A stretch of DNA of 64,000 nt from Smithellaceae bacterium (GTDB lineage Bacteria > Desulfobacterota > Syntrophia > Syntrophales > Smithellaceae), in NCBI GenBank assembly GCA_963667845.2, contig CAXXVL010000001.1, forward strand, positions 384,001-448,000, in the 5' to 3' direction. A program made the position numbers and the translations under genes. This document shows positions 1 through 10,271 of this stretch, in pieces; the stretch's first letter is position 1; each line of letters begins with the position of its first letter. The notes below the pieces were generated by a model. That model had not been told where the DNA came from and made no database searches. It was given only the letters and a program-made list of their open reading frames with translations.

Positions 1-372
1 CTCTTTGAGCATCTCACTTCAAACACTGGAGCCTATGCGATGTATACGTATTGGCTGCTCAGCGTGATCGAACGGGCCAAAAGCACCGATCCGGAAAAGA
101 TCGTAAAAGTCTGGGAAGGTGACACGTATCGGATGGCGAACGGCAAGATCATTAAGATGCGGGCTTGCGATCATAAGAGCATCCAGGATTTACTCGTGTC
201 CGAGTTCGTACCGCCGGAGGAGCAGAAAGTGTCGTTCAACATTCCTCCCTATTATTGGTTCAAAGGCATCTCGTATGCCGGTAAGGGCTTAGTGATCCCC
301 GCGGCAAAGGTTCTTCCCAAAATGGATCAGAAAATTGATCGCTGTGCGGGAAAGGATGGTTGGGGTGAATAG
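1..372 (+). CDS. Liv-type ABC substrate-binding protein, C-terminal part (runs off window start)
   Basis: YWLLSVIERAKSTDPEKIVKVWEGD...RACDHK...PPYYWF...DRCAGKDGWGE closely matches the C-termini of the proteins at 15921 and 22640. Confidence 0.9.
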   Translation, partial: LFEHLTSNTGAYAMYTYWLLSVIERAKSTDPEKIVKVWEGDTYRMANGKIIKMRACDHKSIQDLLVSEFVPPEEQKVSFNIPPYYWFKGISYAGKGLVIPAAKVLPKMDQKIDRCAGKDGWGE

Positions 373-600
373 GATTCCACTATCCGTCCGAGAATTTAAC
401 GGGATATTTATAGGCTGTGAAATCAATGATCATCCAGCCTCAAGCGGCCTGCTGATGGAATCCAAACTGCTAATGACGTTTATGGGAGCCCAAACCAGAT
501 GGAGGCGGTTACCGCAGTCTTTACCAGGTGTCCGCCCAAATTCGAGGATCCGGCGCGACCGCGCAATTTTCAATGGCTCATTTTGTAAAGGAGAACTCTA

Positions 601-967
601 ATGCATTGCGATCTTCACCATGTCCATCTCTTTGCATCCGACCTCGATTGCAGCATCGGATTTTTATCGTGAAATGTTCGGCGCGGAAACTCTGTTTGAT
701 GAAAATTTTGGCGGTGTGCGTAATGTTCTGATACGCATTGGAACCGGTCATATCACTTTTTATGACCAGCCTCCGCGTGGTACCGGGAAGAACGCCGTGC
801 ATCATCTCGGAATCCACACGGATGATATTTCGGCACTGATCGCTCATATGAAGTCGAAGGGTTTCAACTTCCGGTCGCCGATCAGAAACCTCGGCGATCT
901 TAAATACATCATGCGCGCGGGGCCGGACGGAGTTTTGATAGAGGTCTTTGAAAGGCAGGCCCATTGA
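601..967 (+). pseudogene. VOC/glyoxalase-family protein with a +1 frameshift in a T5 run (may be a sequencing error)
   Basis: AAGGAG RBS, then ATG601 gives MHCDLHHVHLFASDLDCSIGF; removing one T at 661-665 continues into YREMFGAE...VHHLGIHTDD...GPDGVLIEVFE, typical VOC motifs. Confidence 0.8.
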
Positions 968-1341
968 TGAGATAAAAGATGTGCCGGCATGAGGAGATCC
1001 AGATCATCGGCTCCGGCCCATCCGGCGTGACGCCCGCGCGTCCATGAAACGCGAAGAGCTTGTCTAAGTGAATCTCTTGCGTTCTCGCCGGGGCCGAAAA
1101 AGCTCCGGCTTGTAACTATCAGCTAACCGGCTGGTTTGAGGAAGCGGACGGCCGAGACGGGTATCGTGTCGACGGTCCGCTTCTGGCAGCATGTCCGGAG
1201 ATGTTGGATGATCATTGAAAATCCCCGGATCCCGTGCAATCCCGCATTCGGAAATCCGGGATTTTAAGAAGTTAACGGTCATAACAGGGAACAGCGTGAT
1301 CTCATTTTCTGTCCATGATTTTTATTTACCTATGGAAGAAA

Positions 1342-2043
1342 TCAGATACCCAGGTAGGATTTTCTGATGTGATCATTGCCTGCAAGATTCTGAGCGGTAT
1401 CGACCATTGCTATTTTACCGTTTTCCAGGATGTAGCCCCTGTCGATTGCCTTAAGAGCCTGGCGGACATTTTGTTCCGTCACCAGAATAGAGACATCTTT
1501 CTTAATCTCTTTTAAGCGATGAAATACTTCCGTGACAATAGACGGCTGTAAACCTCCCGACGGTTCATCCAGTATCAATACTTTGGGATCTCCCATCAAG
1601 GCTCTGGCAATGGCAACCATTCTTTGTTGGCCGCCGCTCATGTTCCCTGCAAGCTGGTCGATTCTTTCTTCCAGTATCGGAAACATGGCAAAAATATATT
1701 CGAGTCTTTCTTTGTACTTTTTCTTGGCCCTTGGAATATAGGCGCAACCGGTGCGTAAATTTTCCAGTACGGTCATCATGGGAAACAGTTCTCTTTCCTG
1801 AGGCACAACCATGATACCATGCTTGATAATTCTATCCGTTTCCATTTTTATAATGGACTCTCCATCCAACAGCACATCGCCGCTCGCAGGTCTCACCAGC
1901 CCCAGTATCGTATTGATGAGCGTAGTCTTTCCGGCGCCGTTGGGGCCGAACAATCCTACAGACTCATTGCCGATCTGCATGGACACGTCCCAGACAATCT
2001 GCAGCTTGCCATAAAAGACATTCAGATTTTTAACTTCTAACAT
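1342..2043 (-). CDS. livF: Branched-chain amino acid-type ABC transporter ATP-binding protein (LivF-like)
   Basis: Walker A GPNGAGKT, signature MSGGQQ, LILDEPS, EQNVRQAL. Confidence 0.9.
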   Translation of the reverse strand: MLEVKNLNVFYGKLQIVWDVSMQIGNESVGLFGPNGAGKTTLINTILGLVRPASGDVLLDGESIIKMETDRIIKHGIMVVPQERELFPMMTVLENLRTGCAYIPRAKKKYKERLEYIFAMFPILEERIDQLAGNMSGGQQRMVAIARALMGDPKVLILDEPSGGLQPSIVTEVFHRLKEIKKDVSILVTEQNVRQALKAIDRGYILENGKIAMVDTAQNLAGNDHIRKSYLGI

Positions 2044-2759
2044 TCTGCTTCCTCACCAAGATATGCTGTAATGACGCGTGGATCTGATGATACCTGATCG
2101 TAGGGACCCTCGCACAATACTTTCCCCCATTCCAATACAACAACACGATGAGTGAGCTCCCGGATAACTCTCATCACGTGTTCAATGATTATAATGGTCA
2201 TCCCCTGAGAATGAATTTTACGCACCGTATCCATCATGTCCATCGTCTCATCTTTATTGAGTCCTGCCATGACTTCATCCAGGAAAATCAACTTGGGCTC
2301 CGTTGCCAGAGCGCGGGCTATTTCCATCTTTTTAATTTCGAGGGCTGTCATAGCTGAAATCGGCCGTTCCACATTTTCCAGATTTAAGAACCGGCAGAGT
2401 TCCGTGGCTTTCTCGCGAGATTTCTTCACGGAATAATTCTTACCGAACATCGCGCCCAGCATAACGTTTTCAATCAAGTTCAGGCCGACAAGAGGTCGCA
2501 TGAGCTGGAATGTCCGGCTGATGCCGGCGTGGCATTTTTTGTCAGATGAATGCAGGGTGATATCCTGACCGCAAAACTCAATTTTCCCGGCTGTCGGCAA
2601 ATAAACTCCGGCAATAACATTCGTAAAGGTTGACTTGCCGGCGCCGTTAGGTCCGATAACACCGATAATTTCATTCTCGTTTACTTCAATGCTGACATCA
2701 CTCAGTGCCGCGAGCCCGCCGAATTTCCTGGTTAATCCAGTTGTTTTAAGAATGACCAT
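2037..2759 (-). CDS. livG: Branched-chain amino acid-type ABC transporter ATP-binding protein (LivG-like)
   Basis: FGGLAAL, GPNGAGKS, RTFQ, IEHVM, C-terminal VITAYLG. Confidence 0.9.
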   Translation of the reverse strand: MVILKTTGLTRKFGGLAALSDVSIEVNENEIIGVIGPNGAGKSTFTNVIAGVYLPTAGKIEFCGQDITLHSSDKKCHAGISRTFQLMRPLVGLNLIENVMLGAMFGKNYSVKKSREKATELCRFLNLENVERPISAMTALEIKKMEIARALATEPKLIFLDEVMAGLNKDETMDMMDTVRKIHSQGMTIIIIEHVMRVIRELTHRVVVLEWGKVLCEGPYDQVSSDPRVITAYLGEEAEC

Positions 2760-2773
2760 TGCTTAATCCTGCT

Positions 2774-3700
2774 TTACTGGTGATGATTGATTTTCTCGTA
2801 AACTTTTTTAATAAAACCCATGATCCCTCCGGGGAACCAGAGGATGGCTACCACCATGATAACGCCGTATACCAGCAAGTATCCGTAGGGGATTCTCAGC
2901 TTCAAAGCCTCTGCAACAATCGTTAATATTGCCGCCCCGATGACAGGCCCCCATGTTGTTCCCAGGCCGCCAAATAATGCCATGACGATCGGCAGAATCG
3001 TAAAGCTCCCGCTGAACTGCCCCTCCGGAGTTACGCTGCCGTATAGCTGGGAGTAAGCAGCACCCGACAGACCCTGTATTCCCGATGTAATGGCAAAGAT
3101 GATCACCAGATATTTAAAAATATTCACCCCGCTTGAAGCCGCAACAACTTCATCATTGGCAATAGCTGTTAGAGCAAAACGCATTCGTGATTTTTGAAAA
3201 ATGATAGAAATAATTATCGTTAAGACACCTATGGCCAGCATCAGCCAGTAGGTGCTTGCGGCATCACCCTTGAAGATCGCATTGGGAAGAATCATTCCTT
3301 CCGCTCCACCGGTAACTTCCAGGTTTCTGATAATAATCCTGAATATCTCACCGATGGCCAGGGTGACAATCGCGAAATACAGGAGCCTTAATCTTAACAC
3401 GGCCAACCCTACAAGAGCAGCAACTGCTGCCGCCGTGATAGATCCTGCCAGGATGCTTAAAATGGGATTGAGCGAAAAATAATATGTGCACAACACGGAA
3501 ACATAGCCGCCGATGCCCGCAAAACCGGCAATGCCGAATGACAGCTGACCGGATCGCATCAGCATATCCCAGCTCAGAGCAAAGACGGCATAGATTAATA
3601 TTATATTCAGCATTTGCAGGTAGTATATGCCCAGAAATTTGGGCAGCGATATTGCCACGATTAATACCACGATGCCAATCCAATATTTCCAGTACTTCAT
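2774..3700 (-). CDS. livM: Liv-type ABC permease (LivM-like)
   Basis: Hydrophobic; GQLSFG, LRLRLLYFAIVTLA, TGGAEG, GGLGTTWGPVIGA. Confidence 0.9.
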   Translation of the reverse strand: MKYWKYWIGIVVLIVAISLPKFLGIYYLQMLNIILIYAVFALSWDMLMRSGQLSFGIAGFAGIGGYVSVLCTYYFSLNPILSILAGSITAAAVAALVGLAVLRLRLLYFAIVTLAIGEIFRIIIRNLEVTGGAEGMILPNAIFKGDAASTYWLMLAIGVLTIIISIIFQKSRMRFALTAIANDEVVAASSGVNIFKYLVIIFAITSGIQGLSGAAYSQLYGSVTPEGQFSGSFTILPIVMALFGGLGTTWGPVIGAAILTIVAEALKLRIPYGYLLVYGVIMVVAILWFPGGIMGFIKKVYEKINHHQ

Positions 3701-4641
3701 TTTACCTGCCTTTGATGAGATCGGTACATGATGACGCCAATGATCAGAGCAAAATATATAATTTCAGCCCATTTGCCGTATTCCAATGATGAAAGAACCA
3801 GTGTTTCACCCATGCCCAGGATAAGAGATGCCAGGACTACGCCGGTTATCGAACCCATTCCGCCGACGGCTACCAGGGAAAAAGACTTGAGTGTAAAGGC
3901 CACGCCGACATGAGGGAATAAAGTATATCTTGACCCCATCATGGGACCTACGGCGCTGATCAGCGCAATCGAAATACAAAAGATCAATACGTAAATCCAT
4001 TTGATGTTGATGCCGACTATTCTGGCGCCGCGCGGATTCTGTCCTACGGCAACGGCCGCCTGACCTGTGCTTGTTTTTTTTAAGAATAATTGCAGACCGG
4101 CAAATATTATGATTGCAGCGATGACATAGACAAACTCATATATCCCGAAGGTAAACCCCTTAATGGTCGCCGAAGCGGAAACATAATCCATCGTCAATTT
4201 GCGGGGCTGATTGGTCGCCATAAGCGTGACGCCTTCCGTCAGGATATAAGAAATGCCAAACCCCAACAGCAGCTGATTCAAAGCGGTCTTGCCGATAGCA
4301 TGTTTAAAAGTTAAATAATAAACGATTAAACCGAAAAAGAAAAAAATGACCAGAATCGGGATAATTGCCACAAGAGGATCTATCCCGAATTGCACGTTCA
4401 GAAAATAAGTCAAATAGGCGCCAAGCATCATGAAATCGCCATGCGCCAGGTTGATGACGTCCACAACACCCAAGAGCAGTGCCATAGGTAATGCGATGAT
4501 TGCATACAAGGCCGAGCGCTGCAGACCTTCAATGAGCACGGCCGGCTTGTAATAACCGACGACCAGAATCACGGCTATAGTTATCACAAAGCCGATTAAA
4601 AAATACTTTTGTTTAAATTTGCCCAAGATAGAATATGCCAT
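3697..4641 (-). CDS. livH: Liv-type ABC permease (LivH-like)
   Basis: Hydrophobic; VINLAHGDFMMLGAY, GGMGSITG. Confidence 0.9.
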   Translation of the reverse strand: MAYSILGKFKQKYFLIGFVITIAVILVVGYYKPAVLIEGLQRSALYAIIALPMALLLGVVDVINLAHGDFMMLGAYLTYFLNVQFGIDPLVAIIPILVIFFFFGLIVYYLTFKHAIGKTALNQLLLGFGISYILTEGVTLMATNQPRKLTMDYVSASATIKGFTFGIYEFVYVIAAIIIFAGLQLFLKKTSTGQAAVAVGQNPRGARIVGINIKWIYVLIFCISIALISAVGPMMGSRYTLFPHVGVAFTLKSFSLVAVGGMGSITGVVLASLILGMGETLVLSSLEYGKWAEIIYFALIIGVIMYRSHQRQVK

Positions 4642-4671
4642 GATTAATAAATCCCAGACTTATCTGAAAAT

Positions 4672-4708
4672 TTTCCTTGCGGGCAGAACGGATCCGCCCG
4701 CAAGGAAA
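4672..4708 (-). terminator. Stem-loop between binding-protein gene and permeases (partial terminator or mRNA stabiliser)
   Basis: TTTCCTTGCGGGC-N11-GCCCGCAAGGAAA perfect 13-bp inverted repeat just downstream of the binding-protein stop. Confidence 0.6.
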
Positions 4709-4723
4709 TGATATGGACTCTGA

Positions 4724-6025
4724 TTATTTCTTCGGCTTGGCTTTCGCCGGCGCAACAGGCTTCTTTTCTTCAGCAACGATCGCCCAGCCGGCTTTGTCTC
4801 GTTTATCCCAGGCGGGGAAAGGATAAATCATTTTAGCCGTGGCCACCTCGGCGGGCCAGAGAACTTCCTGTTTGCCTTTCTGGTATTGTAAAAGTTTAGG
4901 TGAAGCATAAGCCTGATGACTGATCACATTGCTCTTACCGAACACAAACGTATCTCCCAGCGGAGAAGCATATTTGGTCGCTTCCAGAGCTTTAATCAAC
5001 GCTGCCTTTTCCAATGTTTTTGCTCTTTTAACCGCATCGGCAACAATCATGATATCGGTATAGCAAAGAGGTCCGAAATAAGTCACGGGAGAATCTTGAA
5101 ACGCTTTTCTGAACGCATCCGAATAAGCCCTGCTTTCCTTGTTCTTCTTACCGATGGATTCGCTCCAGTAACCATTAAACAAAACCCCGTCGCTGAGCGG
5201 CGATTTGGCAAAATCCTTTGGCCAGCCCGGAGGGGAGCCGGCAAAGACAGCAGGAGCAAAACCGATTTCCTTAGCCTGTTCCATGATGGGTATCGCGTCG
5301 TTTGCATAACCCAGCCAGGTGAACATATCAGGATTAAAATCCTTGGCATGCCGCAGCACGGAACGGTAATCTCCGCCGCCGACAAAAGCGCTTTTAAAAG
5401 CTTCGCCCAACAAAGTCTGCTTCGCTGCATCCGCCAGAGGTTTGAATACTTTGAAGGAACCGGCGCCGAACGGACCTTCCTCGTAAGCTACAAAATATTT
5501 AATCCCTTCAAACTTGCCGCCCACTGTCGGAAAGAGCTCTCTGTATCCTCTATCAAAAGCAGCCTGTTGTTGATAGTCCCAGGCATGGATATGAAAGAAC
5601 CAATTTTGACCTTCCATCGCCTGTTCAACTTTTGAGCTGGCCGCACCTGCCCAGACAACAATTTTGCCATATTTTTTCATGCCGGGAATCATGGCCATGG
5701 TCGTGCCGCTGCCCACCCCGCCGACAATGATATCAACGTTATCGACGGTGACCAGTTTATCCAAGGCTGCTGCTGCTTTATCCGCTTTGCCTTCGTCATC
5801 CATCACGATTAATGTGATCTGACGTCCCAGCAGACCGCCTTTTTCATTGATTTGCTTTACGGCAAGCTGCATGGATCTTGAACCATCTATACCGGTGGAA
5901 TCGGCCAGAGGCAAAATGGCGCCTATCTTGATCGGCTCTGCCGCATTGGCAGGCCCAATCACGAAAAAAAGACCGGTAACAAAAGCCGCCAACAGTAACC
6001 CGATGAATACCCTCATTTTCATCAT
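4724..6025 (-). CDS. Liv-type ABC substrate-binding protein
   Basis: Signal peptide (ANA-A), PIKIGAILPL, INEKGGLLGRQI; directly upstream of LivHMGF-like genes. Confidence 0.9.
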   Translation of the reverse strand: MMKMRVFIGLLLAAFVTGLFFVIGPANAAEPIKIGAILPLADSTGIDGSRSMQLAVKQINEKGGLLGRQITLIVMDDEGKADKAAAALDKLVTVDNVDIIVGGVGSGTTMAMIPGMKKYGKIVVWAGAASSKVEQAMEGQNWFFHIHAWDYQQQAAFDRGYRELFPTVGGKFEGIKYFVAYEEGPFGAGSFKVFKPLADAAKQTLLGEAFKSAFVGGGDYRSVLRHAKDFNPDMFTWLGYANDAIPIMEQAKEIGFAPAVFAGSPPGWPKDFAKSPLSDGVLFNGYWSESIGKKNKESRAYSDAFRKAFQDSPVTYFGPLCYTDIMIVADAVKRAKTLEKAALIKALEATKYASPLGDTFVFGKSNVISHQAYASPKLLQYQKGKQEVLWPAEVATAKMIYPFPAWDKRDKAGWAIVAEEKKPVAPAKAKPKK

Positions 6026-6217
6026 AAGACCCTCCTGATTTTAAACATGCTTTGTGCGATATCTATTAATTCGTTAATAGCTTCAGTTTATATGCCCGGC
6101 AGAACCTGCCGCCATAAAAGCTACCTTCCCCCCTGCGATTCTTGTTGCGATCACTCCTTCATAAAATAGAATGTTTTGATAAAGCAATCCCGGCCTGGTC
6201 AACGATCCGGGCTCTCC

Positions 6218-7744
6218 CTACTTGTATTTTTCCCGCAAGGTGTTTTTCAGAACCTTGCCCATGGCATTGCGCGGCAACGCATCAACAAATATCACCCCGG
6301 CCGGAACCTTGAATTTTGCCAGACATCCTTTTAAATGAGTGATAATTTGTTCTTCAGTTAATTGCTTGCCGGGTTTGACGGTGACAACGGCTTTGCCTAC
6401 CTCACCCCATTTCTGATCGGGAACACCAATCACGGCCGCCTCACCAATTTCAGGAATTTCATAGATAGCGTTTTCTACTTCGGCCGGATAAACATTTTCC
6501 CCGCCGGATATGTACATGTCCTTGGAACGATCGACAATGTAAAGGTAGGCATCTTCATCAATACGTGCCAGATCTCCTGAATGAAACCAGCCGCCGCGGA
6601 AAGCTTCGGATGTCGCTTCCGGGCGGTTCCAGTAGCCGGTCATCACATTGGGACCGCGCATGATCAGCTCACCGATTTCCCCCGGTTGCACATCATTCAT
6701 ATCTTCATCCACCACTCTCGTTTCCAAATGCATTAACCGCCGGCCGATAGAACCGGCCTTTTTAAGGTACATATCTTTATCTAAAATGGCGATACTCGGC
6801 GCAGCTTCACTCATTCCGAAACCCTGAAGCAGGCGCAAACCATTTTCTTCGTATAATTTAATCAAGCTCACCGGCAGGGGCGCTCCCCCGCTCATCACAA
6901 CACGGACATCTTTCATGCACTGAAAATCGGGCTGGTTGGCAAGGAAAAGAAAGATCGCCGGCACACCAAAGAAAATGGATACTCTTTCTTTTTTGATTTT
7001 ATCGAGCGCTTTTGCCGGATCAAACGTCCGCAAGAGGAGAACGGTGCCGCCCATATAGAAAACGGCGAGGGTAAACAGGCCGATACCGCCGATATGAAAC
7101 ATGGGCAAAACATTTAAATCGCGGTCGTCGGCAGTAATACTCAGAGCAGCTATGCAATTGACGGCATTCCAGAAACTCGCCCCTTGCGTCAGCACTGCGC
7201 CTTTAGGTTTACCCGTCGTTCCGGCCGTATACATGATGATATGCGGCGTATCCAGTGTGACAGGCGTTGAAGGCGTCGGCTCGGTCACAGGTCTGCCCGT
7301 TATGAAATTATCATACGTCAGCGACCCTTTTAATGCGGATTCCCCGTAGAGCGAAATTAAATTCTTTAATCCGGCTTTGGTCGCAAGCTCCCGGGCTGTT
7401 GTTGCAAATGAAGCGTCGTAAAATAATGTTTGCGCGCCGCTGTCAGACACGATGAAGGTAAGCTCCACGGGAGTCAGGCGCCAGTTTAAAGGCACAAGCA
7501 TAAGACCGAGTTTGGCCGCCGCCATAATGACTTCAGCAAATTCATTGCAATTGTAAGAGAGTATCGCTACGCGATCACCATATTGAATTCCCCTCGACTG
7601 CATAGCACCCGCCAGCTGATTTACACGGTGATTCAATTCTTTGTAACTGAGTCTTTTCTCGTCCGATACCAGAGCTTCTTTATCCGGTGTTTCTATCTCC
7701 CGGTATTTCAGCCATGATCCGATGCCTTCCGGCTGCATTGGCAT
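6218..7744 (-). CDS. Acyl-CoA synthetase (AMP-forming, FadD/MenE-like)
   Basis: YTAGTTGKPKG, GFGMSE, SGDLA, DRSKDMYISGGENVYPAEVE, LPRNAMGKVLK. Confidence 0.92.
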   Translation of the reverse strand: MPMQPEGIGSWLKYREIETPDKEALVSDEKRLSYKELNHRVNQLAGAMQSRGIQYGDRVAILSYNCNEFAEVIMAAAKLGLMLVPLNWRLTPVELTFIVSDSGAQTLFYDASFATTARELATKAGLKNLISLYGESALKGSLTYDNFITGRPVTEPTPSTPVTLDTPHIIMYTAGTTGKPKGAVLTQGASFWNAVNCIAALSITADDRDLNVLPMFHIGGIGLFTLAVFYMGGTVLLLRTFDPAKALDKIKKERVSIFFGVPAIFLFLANQPDFQCMKDVRVVMSGGAPLPVSLIKLYEENGLRLLQGFGMSEAAPSIAILDKDMYLKKAGSIGRRLMHLETRVVDEDMNDVQPGEIGELIMRGPNVMTGYWNRPEATSEAFRGGWFHSGDLARIDEDAYLYIVDRSKDMYISGGENVYPAEVENAIYEIPEIGEAAVIGVPDQKWGEVGKAVVTVKPGKQLTEEQIITHLKGCLAKFKVPAGVIFVDALPRNAMGKVLKNTLREKYK

Positions 7745-7759
7745 ATCCGCCCTCCTTGT

Positions 7760-8332
7760 CTAAACAAAAAGTTTTTTCATGACACCCGACATGTTTTTCC
7801 CGAATGCCTTGATCGTCTGGATGCCTATTTCATCTTTTTCGGGATCCCTTGCCCCGCGGGTGCCGGCGACACAAACATTCCAGTAGATGGAACCCGGGAC
7901 GGTCATCCCGTTAAAGAAATACCACATCAGCATCTGCGAAAGAGCCATGTTCTGACCGGCACGCTGGGCGACGGTAATGGGACCACCTACTTTGCCCATC
8001 AACATTTTCCCGCCCCAGTGCGCGACGAACGCCGAACGGTGGAGGACGGACATCAGCGGCGCCGTGATGGAACTTACATAGACGGGAGTACTGAGCACGA
8101 TGCCCTCCGCCGTCAGCATTTTATCGAATATTTCACCGAAGTCATCCTTGATGGTGCATTGACGGACTTCGCGACAATCATAACAAGCCGAGCATGGTTC
8201 TATTTTCCTGTTGCGTAAAGCAATCAGTTCCGTTTCGATGCCCGCCCCGGCTATTTCCGCGAGCGCGCATTCCAGATAGTAAAGAGAATTGCTGTTTTCT
8301 CTTGGACTGCCCGCGATTCCAATAACCTTCAT
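7760..8332 (-). CDS. Iron-sulfur flavoprotein (Isf/flavodoxin-fold)
   Basis: GSPRENSNS, Cx2Cx2Cx5C motif (CSACYDCREVRQC), STPVY. Confidence 0.88.
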   Translation of the reverse strand: MKVIGIAGSPRENSNSLYYLECALAEIAGAGIETELIALRNRKIEPCSACYDCREVRQCTIKDDFGEIFDKMLTAEGIVLSTPVYVSSITAPLMSVLHRSAFVAHWGGKMLMGKVGGPITVAQRAGQNMALSQMLMWYFFNGMTVPGSIYWNVCVAGTRGARDPEKDEIGIQTIKAFGKNMSGVMKKLFV

Positions 8333-8346
8333 AGAAAGCCCCCTCT

Positions 8347-9186
8347 TTATTTATACACCCAGTCCGGCAACGTCGCGGTCGTCTTTAAAATTCCCTCTTT
8401 AATCTGCTTGCACATCAATTTGACGAAAAAATCTTCTTTCAGGCATTTTCTAAATTCATTATTTTCTATCTTCAGGCCGTAAGCGAGCGATCCTTTTTGT
8501 GAGGCATGCACGGCCTTTTTCGCAAGACTAAGCGCGTATTGCGGATTGCGGAATACCCGGTCCCTTAAAAATATTTCTGCATCGGCGAGCAATGTTTCCG
8601 CTGCAACCACCTGATGAACCAGCCCTTGCTGCAGTGCCTCTTCTCCTTTATAGATGCGCCCTGTGAGGATCATTTCCATTGCCTTGCCGATGCCGATGAG
8701 CCTTGGCAATCGCTGCGTACCGCCGCCGCCCGGAATGAGGCCCACTTTGACTTCCGGCAGGCCTATTCCTGCTTTCGTGCCGGCAATACGCAGATCGCAG
8801 GCAAGCGCAAATTCAAAACCGCCGCCGAAGCAAAGACCGTTGATGGCCGCCACTGTAATCAAAGGGCTTTCTTCTATTTCATTTAAAAGCTTTTGCAGCT
8901 TGGCGGAAAATGCACCGACTTCTTTGGGCGTGCATTGCATCATGACAATCCCATCGGCGCCGCCGATGAAATACTCTTCCCCGCTGCCGGTAAAGACGAC
9001 TGCGCGGGTTGATGAGCTGTTCAGCGCCTTCATGACGGCTGATATTTCGTCAATCGTCCGGGAATCAAGAGAATTGCGGTCACCGGGACGGTGAAAACTG
9101 ACAAAGCAAATGTCCCCCTTATTTTCGACCAGCAGATTATTGGCCTTGAAAAGAACTTTCTTCTTTGCAACCGGAGTTTTCTTCAT
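8347..9186 (-). CDS. Enoyl-CoA hydratase/isomerase (crotonase family)
   Basis: AAINGLCFGGGFEFALACD and GLPEVKVGLIPGGGGTQRLPRLIG; both catalytic Glu present. Confidence 0.92.
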   Translation of the reverse strand: MKKTPVAKKKVLFKANNLLVENKGDICFVSFHRPGDRNSLDSRTIDEISAVMKALNSSSTRAVVFTGSGEEYFIGGADGIVMMQCTPKEVGAFSAKLQKLLNEIEESPLITVAAINGLCFGGGFEFALACDLRIAGTKAGIGLPEVKVGLIPGGGGTQRLPRLIGIGKAMEMILTGRIYKGEEALQQGLVHQVVAAETLLADAEIFLRDRVFRNPQYALSLAKKAVHASQKGSLAYGLKIENNEFRKCLKEDFFVKLMCKQIKEGILKTTATLPDWVYK

Positions 9187-9229
9187 TTCGTTCTCCTTTT
9201 ACTTTCGTCGGCCGTCATTTCGCGGAACA

Positions 9230-10102
9230 TCAGGACTGTAAAAAATTCATCACCGCGTTGTTGAACAATTCGGGATCCTGAATATGCAATGCATGGCCGC
9301 ATCCCTCAAACGGTATGACCCTGGCATAGGGTAGCTGCTTTTTCATGTATTCATAATTTTCGGGGGGATAATAATTGCTTTCCGTGCCGTAGGTCAGAAG
9401 ACAGGGCACATCAATATTTTTCAGCAAAGGCCTGTAATCCTGCATGGCCATGGCAACCCAATACGCAGCGATGACACAGGCCTTGTTCTTTTTAGCCTCC
9501 TCATAAAGCCAGGGAAGGTCCTCTTTCCCTTTGAAGTCCGCGGCGGCGTTGAATTCCATCTTTTCATTGTATAATGATTTGTTTAAAATCCGCTGGGCGA
9601 CAACCTTGCCGTAAGCGTCCCAGTCATTGAGCATAACCGACAGCATATAAAGATTATCTTCGTGCCCGAAGTCGCCCTGCTTTCTGCTGAATATTCCGGG
9701 CAGGCCGAAACTCCAGTCGGCTGACTTCAGCGCTTTTGGCGTCATGTCAATGACAACAATCTTTTCTATTTTTTGACAGGAATAATTTTTGATGTATTCA
9801 AAAATCACATGCGTGCCCATCGACCAGCCGATAAGAGACGCTTTTGATATATCCAGCTCCTCCAATAGCTGTTTCAAATCTGTGGCCAGACGCGTAAGCG
9901 TCAGATGATCATGAGATGCCTCCGACTCCCCATGTCCGCGCAGATCCGGGGTAATAACTTTAAAATGTTTGGAGAGAACCGGAATCTGCTTTTTAAAATG
10001 CACGGAGCTTGCCGTCAGTCCGTGTATCAGAACAACCGCCTTGCCCTCTCCGCTGATCCTATAGTGTAGATGGACGCCGTCATCTGCTGTAAAAAAGGGC
10101 AT
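9230..10102 (-). CDS. Alpha/beta hydrolase (arylesterase/non-heme haloperoxidase-like)
   Basis: LIHG, DLRGHGES, nucleophile motif GWSMG, GHALH; GGAGG RBS before ATG 10102. Confidence 0.9.
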   Translation of the reverse strand: MPFFTADDGVHLHYRISGEGKAVVLIHGLTASSVHFKKQIPVLSKHFKVITPDLRGHGESEASHDHLTLTRLATDLKQLLEELDISKASLIGWSMGTHVIFEYIKNYSCQKIEKIVVIDMTPKALKSADWSFGLPGIFSRKQGDFGHEDNLYMLSVMLNDWDAYGKVVAQRILNKSLYNEKMEFNAAADFKGKEDLPWLYEEAKKNKACVIAAYWVAMAMQDYRPLLKNIDVPCLLTYGTESNYYPPENYEYMKKQLPYARVIPFEGCGHALHIQDPELFNNAVMNFLQS

Positions 10103-10206
10103 AAGAGGAACCTCCTTTTCAGATCTGATCAATGTCCGTTAAGGCCCACCGTAATATTTACTATATTTTGCCGGTTGATCTGACGCGTCTTTGAAAATTA
10201 CGTTAC

Positions 10207-10254
10207 ATGAATCATCTGTCAGAAATATTAGCAAAAACATTTTACACATGTCAA
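10207..10254 (-). promoter_or_regulatory. Sigma70-type promoter with adjacent candidate TetR operator
   Basis: Minus strand TTGACA-18-TAATAT followed by CTGACAGATGATTCAT; a 13/16 copy of the latter lies at 11549-11564. Confidence 0.6.
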
Positions 10255-10271
10255 GAATATTTTACTTATCT

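Noticed and set aside
1064..1282. 72-aa minus-strand ORF downstream of livF
   Set aside because: No RBS, motif or recognisable composition; may be gene debris but cannot be supported.
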